A program made the translations under genes and the position numbers. A stretch of 63,579 bases of DNA, the filler included, from Octopus bimaculoides (taxonomy: Eukaryota), in NCBI RefSeq assembly GCF_001194135.2. It is 4 parts of 4 records of this genome, joined end to end, with 100 filler letters (N's around TTAATTAATTAA, not from the genome) between each part and the next. Parts side by side here need not be neighbours in the genome. Positions count along the whole stretch, not along the records: positions 1 to 20,422 come from NC_068981.1; 3 more parts are not named here. One strand, 5' to 3'. Of this stretch, positions 1 to 10,681 are shown piece by piece. Numbering within the stretch: position 1 is the stretch's first letter; each line of letters starts with the position of its first letter. The notes below the pieces were generated by a model, which did no database searches, was not told the origin of the DNA, and was given only the letters and a program-made list of their open reading frames with translations.

Positions 1-397
1 ACTTCTGCCCGGCACGGCGCATGTTTGCGCCTTGTCGACCAGTTTATCGATGACAAGCGCCAACCTCTCGGCTATTACTTTGGCCAAAATTTTCAAATCT
101 GCGTTGAGCAGAGTGATGGACCTGAAATTATCTATAAAATTTCCCTTGTTTGGGTCTTTCTTCAGCAATGTCACTGCACCTCGGCTCACGAAACCGGGAA
201 TTCTCCCGTTTTGTTGCCAGTTGCAGTAGACTGATGCCAAGAGGTCTCCAAACAAGTCTGGCATTTGACAATACAGCTCGTAGGGTAGACCATCCAATCG
301 AGGCGACTTATTCCTCGCGCAGCCCGCCATAGCATCCCTTACTTCAGCAGCTGTGATGGGACCCTCACAACAATCTGCCTCTCCCGCCGAGAGCCGC
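1..397 (-). mobile_element. L1/Tx1-clade LINE, 5'-truncated; open N-terminal part of the RT domain, runs off the window start
   Basis: Manual minus-strand translation is stop-free: RLSAGEADCCEGPITAAEVRDAMAGCARNKSPRLDGLPYELY...VTLLKKDPNKGNFIDNFRSITLLNADLKILAKVIAERLALVIDKLVDKAQTCAVPGRS. It matches the L1/Tx1 RT motifs KSPGxDG, (F/W)RPIxLLNxDxKILAK and QxxxVPGR. Confidence 0.9.

Positions 398-442
<45 letters not shown>
398..442. repeat. (GATA)n microsatellite abutting the Tx1-like 5' junction
   Basis: Pure tagata/gata run that starts immediately after the LINE sequence. Confidence 0.95.
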
Positions 443-443
<1 letters not shown>

Positions 444-984
444 CACTGTGTGTGTGTATGTGTGTGTGTGTGTGCATGCGTGTGTGTTCATGAGAACAAA
501 GCTTTCTGGTAGAAAATAAAGTACTCAATACTTCAAGAAATGGTGTTTGTTATATCATAAATAGATACTTTGAACAAGAGTATAGGATCGAGACGGGATT
601 AATTCTCTACACAGTTCTTTACTAAATATCATACACATTAATGTTTGTTTTTGTATACACACACACACACATACACACACATATGCAAACACACACACAC
701 ACATACAGACAGACACGCACATACATACGCGCGCGCACACACGCATACACACACACACATATACAAACACGCGTGCGCACATACACGCACACATACACAC
801 ACGCACATACACAGGTACATACGTGCATGCACATACATACACACATACAGACACACACACACACACTTTAACAAGGAGGTTGACGAAGGCAACTGAGCGG
901 AAACTTCGAAGTCACTGCCAGCCTCACCTTAACTCGTGGCCTTGAGTTGACCTTGTAAATGATATTATGTAAAAGGAAACTGTG

Positions 985-1120
985 CAGAAGCCCATCGAGT
1001 TGATGTCCCTGAAATTAAGACGTGCAGCTTTGTTACACCCTGATTTATCCGAGGATGACATTAATGGTACACATATCTGTGGAATGCTCAGCCACAATAT
1101 ATGCAAATTCAGTGAGCAGG
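985..1120 (+). mobile_element. Diverged fragment of SINE family D
   Basis: ttacaccctgatttatccgaggatgacattaatggtacacatatctgtggaatgctcagccac aligns to gtcacgctgaatatccccgagaactacgttaagggtacacgtgtctgtggagtgctcagccac of the copies at 9420 and 28025. Confidence 0.65.
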
Positions 1121-1192
1121 TAAGTCACTTGATTGAATAACTAAATCCTCATAGTCGAAACTGGTGGAAACCCAGCCAACCATCCATGTATG

Positions 1193-1226
<34 letters not shown>

Positions 1227-1231
1227 TGTAT

Positions 1232-1331
1232 GTCATTATAGAGTTTTATTTCAAGATTTCTTAGTAATAGAGAAAGAGCCGGTTTCTTAGTCAGATCCAA
1301 GGAGCCTTCATTGGAATTTCACCATCAACAA
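1232..1331 (-). mobile_element. ~100-bp dispersed module (family E) inside (TATG)n; possible PLE pLTR relic
   Basis: Homologous to 25032-25130 and 35180-35282. Has a CCAATGAAGG-hairpin-GAAACCGG segment and an AATAAA signal. Confidence 0.7.
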
Positions 1332-1719
1332 TAGGGTATGTATGTATGTATGTATGTATGCATGTTCAAATGTTCCTGTTTGTCAGCGAAAGAAGAAGAA
1401 ATTTCTGCTATTGATACAAAAGAAAAACAATCGCGTCTTATAAAAAACAATGTTGAAAGTAGGTCTGGATACATTTAATGCGACATGTACGATAAATCTT
1501 CCATTTCAAACTGAACTAAACTAGAAGTCCTTTTTTCTTACTTCTTCCTAACAAAAGCTCCACTTCGTAATCTTGCTTGATCTATGATTCACTTACTTAA
1601 AAGCACACAACATTTCTTTTGCATGAACATACAAGGTTTCTCTTTCCAGACTCGTTTGCAACAAAACTGTACCTTGCGGACTGGATCTCCCGACTAATCT
1701 ACAGCTTCCCAAACACACA

Positions 1720-1895
1720 TAACCTACAGCAGTTAAAACCGAGCATTAAATATGAAATAAATAGTTTCTCAATATTTCTACTTTTCTACGCTGCACACGT
1801 AATTCATGACTCAGTCGTCACTACTTCGGCAAAAAGAGCCAAACTTAAATTTCGCTGAGAAGGTCAAATATAATCGAAACAGCCTGGAATTGTCT
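1720..1895 (+). mobile_element. Possible Penelope-like relic (GIY-YIG C-terminal-like peptide followed by a degenerate HHR)
   Basis: Peptide QQLKPSIKYEINSFSIF resembles the IKxLKPSLNxQxxSxxL end of PLE ORFs. It is followed by CTGA-GA AGGT..AATC GAAAC AGC at 1855-1883. Confidence 0.35.
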
Positions 1896-2591
1896 CCGTA
1901 CTTGTCAAAAGACTAAAAATAATAATAATCAATTATTAATATTTTTCATTGCTTAAGTAGTTTTCTAGTTAATCTTTTGAAGTTCATTACCTTAAATATG
2001 TTGACACAATCTGAAACATTAAAAACTTCAAAGGTGTAATAAATTGATTTTTCTCATATATTACACTTTTGAACTGATTACTCTAACTAATTGCTAATGT
2101 AAAACATAACTAATTTCTTCAGATCCTATAGTTTCTTTTAAATGGTAAAAATACTAACGTAGACAGTATTGTGCAACAATGGGCTTTTATTTTCCCGTTG
2201 GGTGTTAATAAATCACATCAAGTACGAGGTTCAACCTATTCTACAAATATGAAATGGCCGGGTAAATAATGTACAATTCCTGGTTGGTGAGTCAAAAATC
2301 CAATAGGGACGTTTCTTTCTTTTGTAGATAAATCATTTTATTGTACGGATTGAGTTCAACATAGAGTCTAGACTGATCGTTTTACACGACACACGAACCT
2401 TGTATCCAAGATATAGGATATATTTAATCCATCTCCTGGCCATAAAACTAGGGATGTTCATTGAGTCGAGATGAAATCAGCTTATTACGTCAGTGAACAA
2501 GGCATTATGTTCCGAATGTGACTACTTTTGCTCTAAAGTTGAAACAACTTGAGGGTGTTAGCAGCGCCACGACAGTAAAATTTATTGGTAT

Positions 2592-2634
<43 letters not shown>

Positions 2635-3417
2635 NNNNNNNNNNNNNNNNNNNNNNNNNNNNNNNNNNNNNNNNNNNNNNNNNNNNNNNNNNNNNNNNNN
2701 NNNNNNNNNNNNNNNNNNNNNNNNNNNNNNNNNNNNNNNNNNNNNNNNNNNNNNNNNNNNNNNNNNNNNNNNNNNNNNNNNNNNNNNNNNNNNNNNNNNN
2801 NNNNNNNNNNNNNNNNNNNNNNNNNNNNNNNNNNNNNNNNNNNNNNNNNNNNNNNNNNNNNNNNNNNNNNNNNNNNNNNNNNNNNNNNNNNNNNNNNNNN
2901 NNNNNATATATATATTTATATATTTGTATATAGAGAGAGTAAGATGTATACTACATGCTTGCCACACACACATGGAGATAATAGATATACATTTGCTTCA
3001 CAGTACATATTACAATCCATCTAAACACGAAATGAACGTCTACGTGAATAAAATAGAATGGCATAGAGGAATCTCAAATATATCATACAAAGTGGATATG
3101 TATATATTATTTTTAATCCGGGACATAACATTGTTTCGATATGAGGTTGTGCTACTTGTCATAATACACACTCTAATCACTTCCTAAACTCTGCTTTTAG
3201 ATCTCTTTAGTATTGGGTGATTTTCTGTAAATTCCAAGTTTTATGTGCCTGAATCGCATTACGTTTGCTTGTAGGGAGTAGATTTCACCTATTGGCGTAG
3301 GATGAGTACCAATCGTTTACCTACGAGCATTTCTTTCTTCTAAAAATTTCTAGTGCAAGAGTGTGAATGAGTATTTTGTGGTTGTCACAAGGTTATGCTG
3401 CAGCTTATGTTCTACGG

Positions 3418-3747
3418 CAGGCCTGGCCCACTCGAATTACATTGCGGGCCATTTTATTCACAGAAAGTTTTTTGATAGCCGCTTGTATACTGATAGAATT
3501 GAAAGCATTTTGCTGTCTCATGCTATTATTACACTAATGAATGAATGATCGTTGATTCAACATGAAATTTTATCGTTGCAAAATCAGTAGTATCTTTCTT
3601 TTTACTTTTCACTACAATCTTTAATTTTTGATAACATTTTTAAAATGTTTGTTTAAATAAACCCATTTCAAGAAAGTATCAAGCGGCCTCCAAGATAAAC
3701 GTCTGCGGGCTGCATGTGGCCCGCGGGCCTCAGGTTGGCCAGCCCTG
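3418..3747. mobile_element. hAT (Charlie-like) MITE
   Basis: TIRs CAGGCCTGGCCCAC and GTTGGCCAGCCCTG, subterminal GGCCCGCGGGCC, and an 8-bp TSD ttctacgg/ctctacag (6/8 match, Charlie-like NTCTANAN). Confidence 0.8.
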
Positions 3748-3789
3748 CTCTACAGCTTCACTGGATGGCCAATGTGTTCAAGATAGAGG

Positions 3790-5160
3790 ACTTTTCTAGA
3801 TTTTCAGTTTTAGTTACATCTATGTGGGGCAGTCTATTGTGTATGGCTGTCAGAAACTTCTTTGGTAGCGGCCTCACCTTCGTGCAGACAAGCGGATGAT
3901 TCGTATCACAAACTTCATCGTTGTATATCTTAGCCAGCTTTAAGGAAACTGTCGAGAGTAGAATCAGCCAAAGTATATGACACAAAATATATGACCTCTT
4001 TGACCTTTGACTTTCTCAGACTCTCATTGATTACCCACATTGATTACTTAGCTGATAAAAATCGCTAAGTTTTCCTATGATTCATAATGAACATTGCGCA
4101 ATAAGAGCACTGAAGGTCAAAAGAAACTGGAATGAAGAACAGAATCAGGTATCGATATGTTTTCGGCCCGACAACTTCTGGTACTTTCTTCGCACTGATC
4201 CTGAAATACACATTCAACTCTCTAACTGACGATGTCTGCCTCCCCTCAAGATCTGATGGTCGGGTACTCAATATATCCAAACTAAAGATCAAATATTAAG
4301 GCAAGTTATTATCAGCTGTTTGCTGATGAAGCAACTATCTCCTCAAACAATTCAAGAGGGATTTTAAACTCTTATGAACAGATTCTCAGGAGCTTGTGGC
4401 TTATTTGATCTCGTAATCTAAGTCACTCCAGTTCCTCCTTGCATTAAGGACAAATTTAAGAACTGGCGTTTTGATATATTGGTGTTACTCTCCTACATGC
4501 AGAACTCGTGAAGGGCAATGGAAAAGCAGTTATGATTCTCTCAAGGCTTACAACGAAAGTTGGCAGAATAAATATCTCAGAATATCTACCAAAGTCGATG
4601 TGTACAAGGCTTGTAGTTCTCAATACGTCTCTGCTTGGCAACAACACAGACCTCATGTGTTTCGTATAAGATGTCTGTACAGAATCATTGCATCAAAGGG
4701 CAATATTGGGATGTGAAACACTGCCGTATTTTCACTATTCAGCGCCAAAAACGCCGATGATCTGGACGTGTTAGTCTCAGAGATGAATGCTGTATTCCAA
4801 AAGATCTGCTAGGTGGTGAAATGGAATCGGAACTAAGATGCAAATATCGTCTGCACAAGGATGTATGTGAGTGTGATATGAAAGTGACTAACATCAAACA
4901 CGTTTCATGGGAAGAAATCGCAGACAACGGGAATCACTGGAAATAATAAGTGTCTCAGAGATTAAGAAACGGAGAGCAAAAACTTCATAAGATCAGGATG
5001 GACAAAGACAAGCAAGAGTAATTTATGTTTTTCTTCATAGAAAACCCACATGCAGCATTCACAAAAGTCCTTTATGCCATGTCTGCAGTCAAGGCTGCAG
5101 GTCGAGAATTGAACTTCGCAGTCAGTTTAGAAGATGCACTCCGTCATCGTCATATTCTCA
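3790..5160 (+). mobile_element. Degenerate RTE-clade LINE (RT and C-terminal region)
   Basis: Frameshifted motifs in the expected order: SLLCMA (SLLSIxGK), QLxExCRExNQPxY, FGPTTSGTFFALILKY, SRSDGRVLNISKLK, IPKDLLGGE, KDVCECDMK..WEEIADN..W and CSQGCRSRIELRSQFRRC. Confidence 0.88.
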
Positions 5161-5175
5161 CGGGCGTTCTACGAC

Positions 5176-5176
5176 T

Positions 5177-5251
<75 letters not shown>

Positions 5252-5350
5252 ATTTTTGTTATTGTTGTTGTTACTGGTGGTGGTGGTAGTGGCGGCGGCG
5301 GCGGCGGCGGAGTGGTGGTGGTGGTGGTGGTGATGATGGTGGTGGTGGTG
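5176..5350. repeat. Compound trinucleotide microsatellite (CAG)n(TAG)n(TTG)n(GGT/GGC)n at the RTE 3' end
   Basis: Read directly; continues into an N gap. Confidence 0.95.
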
Positions 5351-5833
5351 NNNNNNNNNNNNNNNNNNNNNNNNNNNNNNNNNNNNNNNNNNNNNNNNNN
5401 NNNNNNNNNNNNNNNNNNNNNNNNNNNNNNNNNNNNNNNNNNNNNNNNNNNNNNNNNNNNNNNNNNNNNNNNNNNNNNNNNNNNNNNNNNNNNNNNNNNN
5501 NNNNNNNNNNNNNNNNNNNNNNNNNNNNNNNNNNNNNNNNNNNNNNNNNNNNNNNNNNNNNNNNNNNNNNNNNNNNNNNNNNNNNNNNNNNNNNNNNNNN
5601 NNNNNNNNNNNNNNNNNNNNNNNNNNNNNNNNNNNNNNNNNNNNNNNNNNNNNNNNNNNNNNNNNNNNNNNNNNNNNNNNNNNNNNNNNNNNNNNNNNNN
5701 NNNNNNNNNNNNNNNNNNNNNNNNNNNNNNNNNNNNNNNNNNNNNNNNNNNNNNNNNNNNNNNNNNNNNNNNNNNNNNNNNNNNNNNNNNNNNNNNNNNN
5801 NNNNNNNNNNNNNNNNNNNNNNNNNNNNNNNNN

Positions 5834-5888
<55 letters not shown>

Positions 5889-6258
5889 GAATAACATATC
5901 TAATTCGTATTTCTATGGCTGAGTCCAAGCTTGATTGGCGGTACCCATGACCTTTGTAAGGTCTCCAGCACTGGTGGAGAGAAAAAGAACTTATGACTCA
6001 TTTGTTGCTACTGCAAGAGAGAGCAGTGCACTAAGATATCCAATGAACCTTAGTCTGGACATCTAACTCGAATGATTACCCCAAAATAAGCTCAGCTCGA
6101 TGCACCTGAAAATCTGTCAGTAGAGTTAAACAGGTGGTGGGGCCAGGCATGTCAAACACGCGACCCTTTTCAAACACAAGCGCAGCCCATGGGAGAAAAA
6201 GAAACAAAACATTTTTATTAATAGAAATAACTAATAATAATCTAATTAATAAAATTAG

Positions 6259-6521
6259 TGGAGGCGTGTGGCTTAGTGGTTAGGGTGTCAGCATCATGAT
6301 CGTAAGATTGTGGTTTCGATTCTTGGACCGGGTGACGCGTTGTGTTCTTGAGCAAAACACTTCATTTCACGTCTACTCAGTCCACTCAGCTAGCAAAAAT
6401 GAGTAACGCCGCGATGGACCGGCGTCCGTCCAGCTCGGGAACACATACACCATAGAAACCGGGAGACCGGGCCCATGAGCCTGGCTAGGTTTTAAAATAA
6501 AGGGCGCATTTATTTATTATT
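6259..6521 (+). mobile_element. tRNA-derived SINE family A (CORE/V-like central domain), full length
   Basis: A box tggcttagtggttag, B box ggtttcgattc, central gttgtgttcttgagcaaaacactt...gcgatggaccggcgtccgtccag, and a perfect 16-bp TSD taattaataaaattag (6243-6258 and 6522-6537). Confidence 0.9.
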
Positions 6522-6769
6522 TAATTAATAAAATTAGGATTATTGATTAGCAAATAAAAGATTTTTACTTAATAATAAAGAATTGAAGACAGAAATCTTT
6601 GTTGCAAACGCTTGTTCAAAACTATGTAGGCTCTCATGACAACATGTATGTGAGCAATGCAGTTTGATACGTCTAGTCTTGTCAATGTACCCATCTGTGG
6701 GTAGTACGACTTCATGAGGAAACTATGGACTAAGTTTTTACACCCAATGAACCATATATATTTTGTAAC

Positions 6770-6930
6770 GCAATATTTAGCGGCATTTCGCCCGTCTTCA
6801 CGTTCTGAGATCAAATTCCGCCGAGATTGATTTTGCGTTTCATCTTTTGGAGGTCGATAAAATAAGTACCAGTTGAATACTGGAGTCGATGCAATCGACT
6901 TATCTTCTACTCTGAAATTACTGGCCTTGT
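6770..6930 (+). mobile_element. SINE family C, 5'-truncated
   Basis: acgttctgagatcaaattccgccgag...ttcatcttttggaggtcgataaaataagtaccag matches the family C copies. Confidence 0.8.
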
Positions 6931-6973
6931 GCAAAAAAAAAATTTAAACCAAGATTTAATTTCAGTAAACACA

Positions 6974-7347
6974 GGCGCAGGAGTAGCTGTGTGGTAAGTA
7001 GCTTGCTTACCAACCACATGGTCATAGGTTCAGTCCCACTGCGTGGCACCTTGGGCAAGTGCCTTCTACTATAGCTTCGGGCCGACCAAAGCTTTGTAAG
7101 TGGATTTGGTAGACGGAAACTGGAAGAAGCCCGTCGTATATGTGTAAATATATGTGAGTGTGTGTGCATATGTTTGTGTATCTGTTTGTCCCCCCAACAT
7201 CGCTTGACAACCGATGCTGGTATGTTTACGCCCCCATTACTTAGCGGTTCGACAAAAGACACAGATAGAATAAGTACTACGTTTACAAAGAATAAGCTCT
7301 GGGGTCAAATGACTGAAACAAGTAAAAGAATAAAAGAATAAAAGAAT
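6974..7347 (+). mobile_element. tRNA-derived SINE family B with internal (TA/TG)n tract
   Basis: Head gagtagctgtgtggtaagtagcttg...ggttcagtcccactgcgtggcacc, internal microsatellite, and (TAAAAGAA)n tail; many copies in the window. Confidence 0.9.
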
Positions 7348-8571
7348 ATGTTAAAAGCATGTAAGAATGGATCCGGATTTTGAAGGTGTTAGTTTTGCTT
7401 TTACCGCATTAAACGTGAAGTACACTTTCTCACTTGTTGACTCTCTCATTTATAAATATAAGCGTATTTCTTTTAACCAAATTAGTACAATATTAAATAG
7501 ACTAGGATGATATTCTAGCAACGGTATAGCGACCTAGGGAGGTTTGAAGCTGATGTCAGCTTCAGCGCAGATCAATATGTATGCAGAATAATAAACTGAT
7601 GCTGTAGGGTTGTATGGTTTGTCTTCTGTTAGGAAACTGCGCAATATCCATTTGAAAAGAGTTTTTTTTTTCACAATTCCACATCTAACAACAGTCATAA
7701 GCTAGAAACAGCTTACTGTTCCGAAATACTGAAGTGAATTACAATAAACAAATTTGTCGTTAGGTAACAATGGCTAAAGAGGTTAGCGTGAACCCTTCCC
7801 AATAGATTTTTTTCCTTGAAAATCTTGTGGAAGAAACTGTCAACGATCAAGAAAGGGTTTATGTGTATCGGCTTTCGTAGCTGCGTAGTATGAAGATATT
7901 TCAACCACACTGCATAAGGTAATATATAATTTATAATTGAGACGAAACTTCAAGCAAACTACTGCGAATATTGATGCTTAGTAAGATTAACATGCTGTGT
8001 ATATAACGAACAAAGGCCTCCGTTCTATCAGTTTCCATTCAATGATGTACACCTGTCTAACAAAGAAACATCTAAACTGTGACTTCTAGAAAAGATAAAA
8101 ACATGGATTTCAGCCACGCTCACTCACGGTGGCAGTTGGCGAATTGAAAAGGTTACATGGCGAGAACAAGAAGCGGGGAACAAAGGCCAAGCACATCCGT
8201 ATAAAAAAAACACAGCTTAGAATTTACAGTTTACAGTTTGAGGCATTGTTGTTGTTGTTGTTGTTGTCGTCGTTGTCGTCGTCGTTGTGGTGGTCGTGGT
8301 GGTCGTTGTTCTTGCTGATGTAAGGGGTAGTAGAAGGAGTGAATGAGTGAAACAGAAAGACTAGAAATACAATATATATCTATGTATTAGCTTATTGTCG
8401 AAATGTGTACGGGTGATTCTTTTTTCAATTATCTTCAGATGTGTTTCTCAGATTTAAAATTTAACATGAAATATGAAAGTTATATAACAATGTCTTTATC
8501 AAACAGAAGGAAAAAGAAAGTTATGGAAAACAGTAATTTAAACGAACATGCAACCAAATATCAAAGACTTC

Positions 8572-8616
<45 letters not shown>

Positions 8617-8950
8617 NNNNNNNNNNNNNNNNNNNNNNNNNNNNNNNNNNNNNNNNNNNNNNNNNNNNNNNNNNNNNNNNNNNNNNNNNNNNNNNNNNNN
8701 NNNNNNNNNNNNNNNNNNNNNNNNNNNNNNNNNNNNNNNNNNNNNNNNNNNNNNNNNNNNNNNNNNNNNNNNNNNNNNNNNNNNNNNNNNNNNNNNNNNN
8801 NNNNNNNNNNNNNNNNNNNNNNNNNNNNNNNNNNNNNNNNNNNNNNNNNNNNNNNNNNNNNNNNNNNNNNNNNNNNNNNNNNNNNNNNNNNNNNNNNNNN
8901 NNNNNNNNNNNNNNNNNNNNNNNNNNNNNNNNNNNNNNNNNNNNNNNNNN

Positions 8951-8981
<31 letters not shown>

Positions 8982-9419
8982 ACATATATGTATACATGCA
9001 GGTATACATACATACATATATACATACATACATACACACATACATACACACATACATACATACATACATACATACATACATACATACATACATACATACA
9101 AACATATAAGTCTATTAGGAACAATATCATACGAATTGCAGACTCGTTTCACTATTGACATGTCGTTTCAGAAATATTCTTTGCGATTAGGTTTATTTGA
9201 TATACATTCATATATACATACAAATTAACATACATACAATCGAGTGATTGCTATTTATTTTTGGTGCACGAGTTAAATCTACCCATGGAGGACAAAATAA
9301 ATGCCAATCACTCGTGTACCCTCTTTAACGAGAAAGGAAAACGAAATGGACATTATTCCATTTTATACTCCTGGTTCTACGGTGTGAAATCGGATCACAT
9401 TCATATATAAATTCTTTCT

Positions 9420-9811
9420 TGTTGTTGTTGTTGGCACTCCGTCGCTTACGACGTCGAGGGTTCCAGTTGATCTGATCAACGGAACAGCCTGCTCGTGAAA
9501 TTAACGTGCAAGTGGCTGAGCACTCCACAGACACGTGTACCCATAACGTAGTTCTCAGGGATATTCAGCGTGACACAGTGTGGCAAGGCTAACCCTTTGA
9601 ATTACAGGCACAACAGAAACAGGAAGTAAGAGTGAGAGAAAGTTGTGGTGAAAGAGTACAGCAGGGTTCGCCACCATCCCCTGCCGGAGCCTCGTGGAGC
9701 TTTAGGTGTTTTCGCTCAATAAATACTGACAACGCCCGGTCTGGGAATCGAAACCGCGATCCTATGACCGTGAGTCCGCTGCCCTAATCACTGGGCCATT
9801 GCGTCTCCACA
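9420..9811 (-). mobile_element. tRNA-derived SINE family D, full length, (CAA)n tail
   Basis: Reverse complement of the 16171 copy, with a 13-bp TSD ataaattctttct (9407-9419 and 9812-9824). Confidence 0.92.
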
Positions 9812-9934
9812 ATAAATTCTTTCTACCTCTAACTATTCCTTCTAATGACTTGTCTAAATTTTTGCTTCTTGGTAATAAGGTACCAATACTTAGTTATTAA
9901 TATGTATCTATGGCACAAGTTGGCGATCTGGTAC

Positions 9935-10130
9935 AATCGTTCGCACACCGGGCAAAAACACTTAGCGCCTTTTCGTCTGTCTTTACGTTCTGAGTTTCAA
10001 ATTCCGCAGAGGCCGATTGCCTTCCATCCTTTCGGACTCGATATAATAAGTACCAGTAGAGCACTGGGGGTCAAATTAATCGACTTACCACCTTCCTCCG
10101 AAACTGCTGGCCTTGTGCCAAAATCTTAAA
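9935..10130 (+). mobile_element. SINE family C, diverged
   Basis: ttacgttctgagtttcaaattccgcagagg...aagtaccagtagagcactgggggtc matches the family C body. Confidence 0.8.
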
Positions 10131-10359
10131 CCAATGTGTATCTATGGGATAAGGCAGCGATCCAAGGATCGAGGTGTAGGAAGAAAGTTAGCTTCAAGCA
10201 ATCCGTAGTAAATATAAAAAAACAACTTTCAGGGACAATATTGGCTTATTGAGAGGGGAGGTTGTGGATTTTTTCATATCGAAGTACAATAAACCGAAAA
10301 AAAGTTCTTTTTATATTTCACGAAAGGCTACCAGGTTTGCTGGGTATGCGAATTAGAAT

Positions 10360-10648
10360 ACAAGAGTTAAGGAATGGAGTAGATAAGATCCAGGTGGCAT
10401 ATGTTTTATAACGAACAGAACCATGGAATTGGTAAGTATCCAAGTTAGGTGTATACCATTCTGATTGAATCTTCCACATGTTAATATGTACCTCCTTGCG
10501 ACAATGTAGACTTTCGTTTAATCAGGATATCCTCGGTCTGAAGAGTAGCTTGCGACATACACCTCGCTTGGATATTTACCACTTCCGAGGTTCCGCTCGC
10601 TATGAAACACATATAGCCCGGATTTTATCCACTCCATTCCTTAACTCT

Positions 10649-10651
<3 letters not shown>
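10360..10651. mobile_element. Divergent inverted pair of pLTR-like modules with a degenerate HHR
   Basis: 10360-10454 is an imperfect reverse complement of 10557-10651. The plus copy reads CTGAAGA GTAGC...GCTAT GAAAC at 10538-10608 and ends at (TA)n. Confidence 0.7.

Positions 10652-10681
<30 letters not shown>

Noticed and set aside
555-896. Many ORFs of VC/HT/YI/SL repeats or containing X runs, here and throughout the window
   Set aside because: They are translations of microsatellites and N gaps, not coding sequence.
960-1125. Open frame ending at a good donor CAG|GTAAGT
   Set aside because: The sequence is a diverged SINE family D fragment, and the peptide has no recognisable family.
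2132-2262. Possible exon FLLNGKNTNVDSIVQQWAFIF..STYSTNMKWP with AG/GT borders
   Set aside because: No recognisable domain, and the neighbouring acceptor leads to an early stop; it cannot be supported without RNA data.
3758-3985. Minus ORF with a signal-peptide-like start and a C-type-lectin-like YNDEVCDTNHPLVCTK|gtgagg
   Set aside because: There is no real ATG, and the plus strand here encodes RTE RT motifs (SLLxxxxK, QLxExCRE), so the ORF is antisense shadow.
6259-6330. tRNA-like A and B boxes here and at other SINE heads
   Set aside because: They continue into SINE bodies with TSDs and lack a complete cloverleaf, so they are not tRNA genes.
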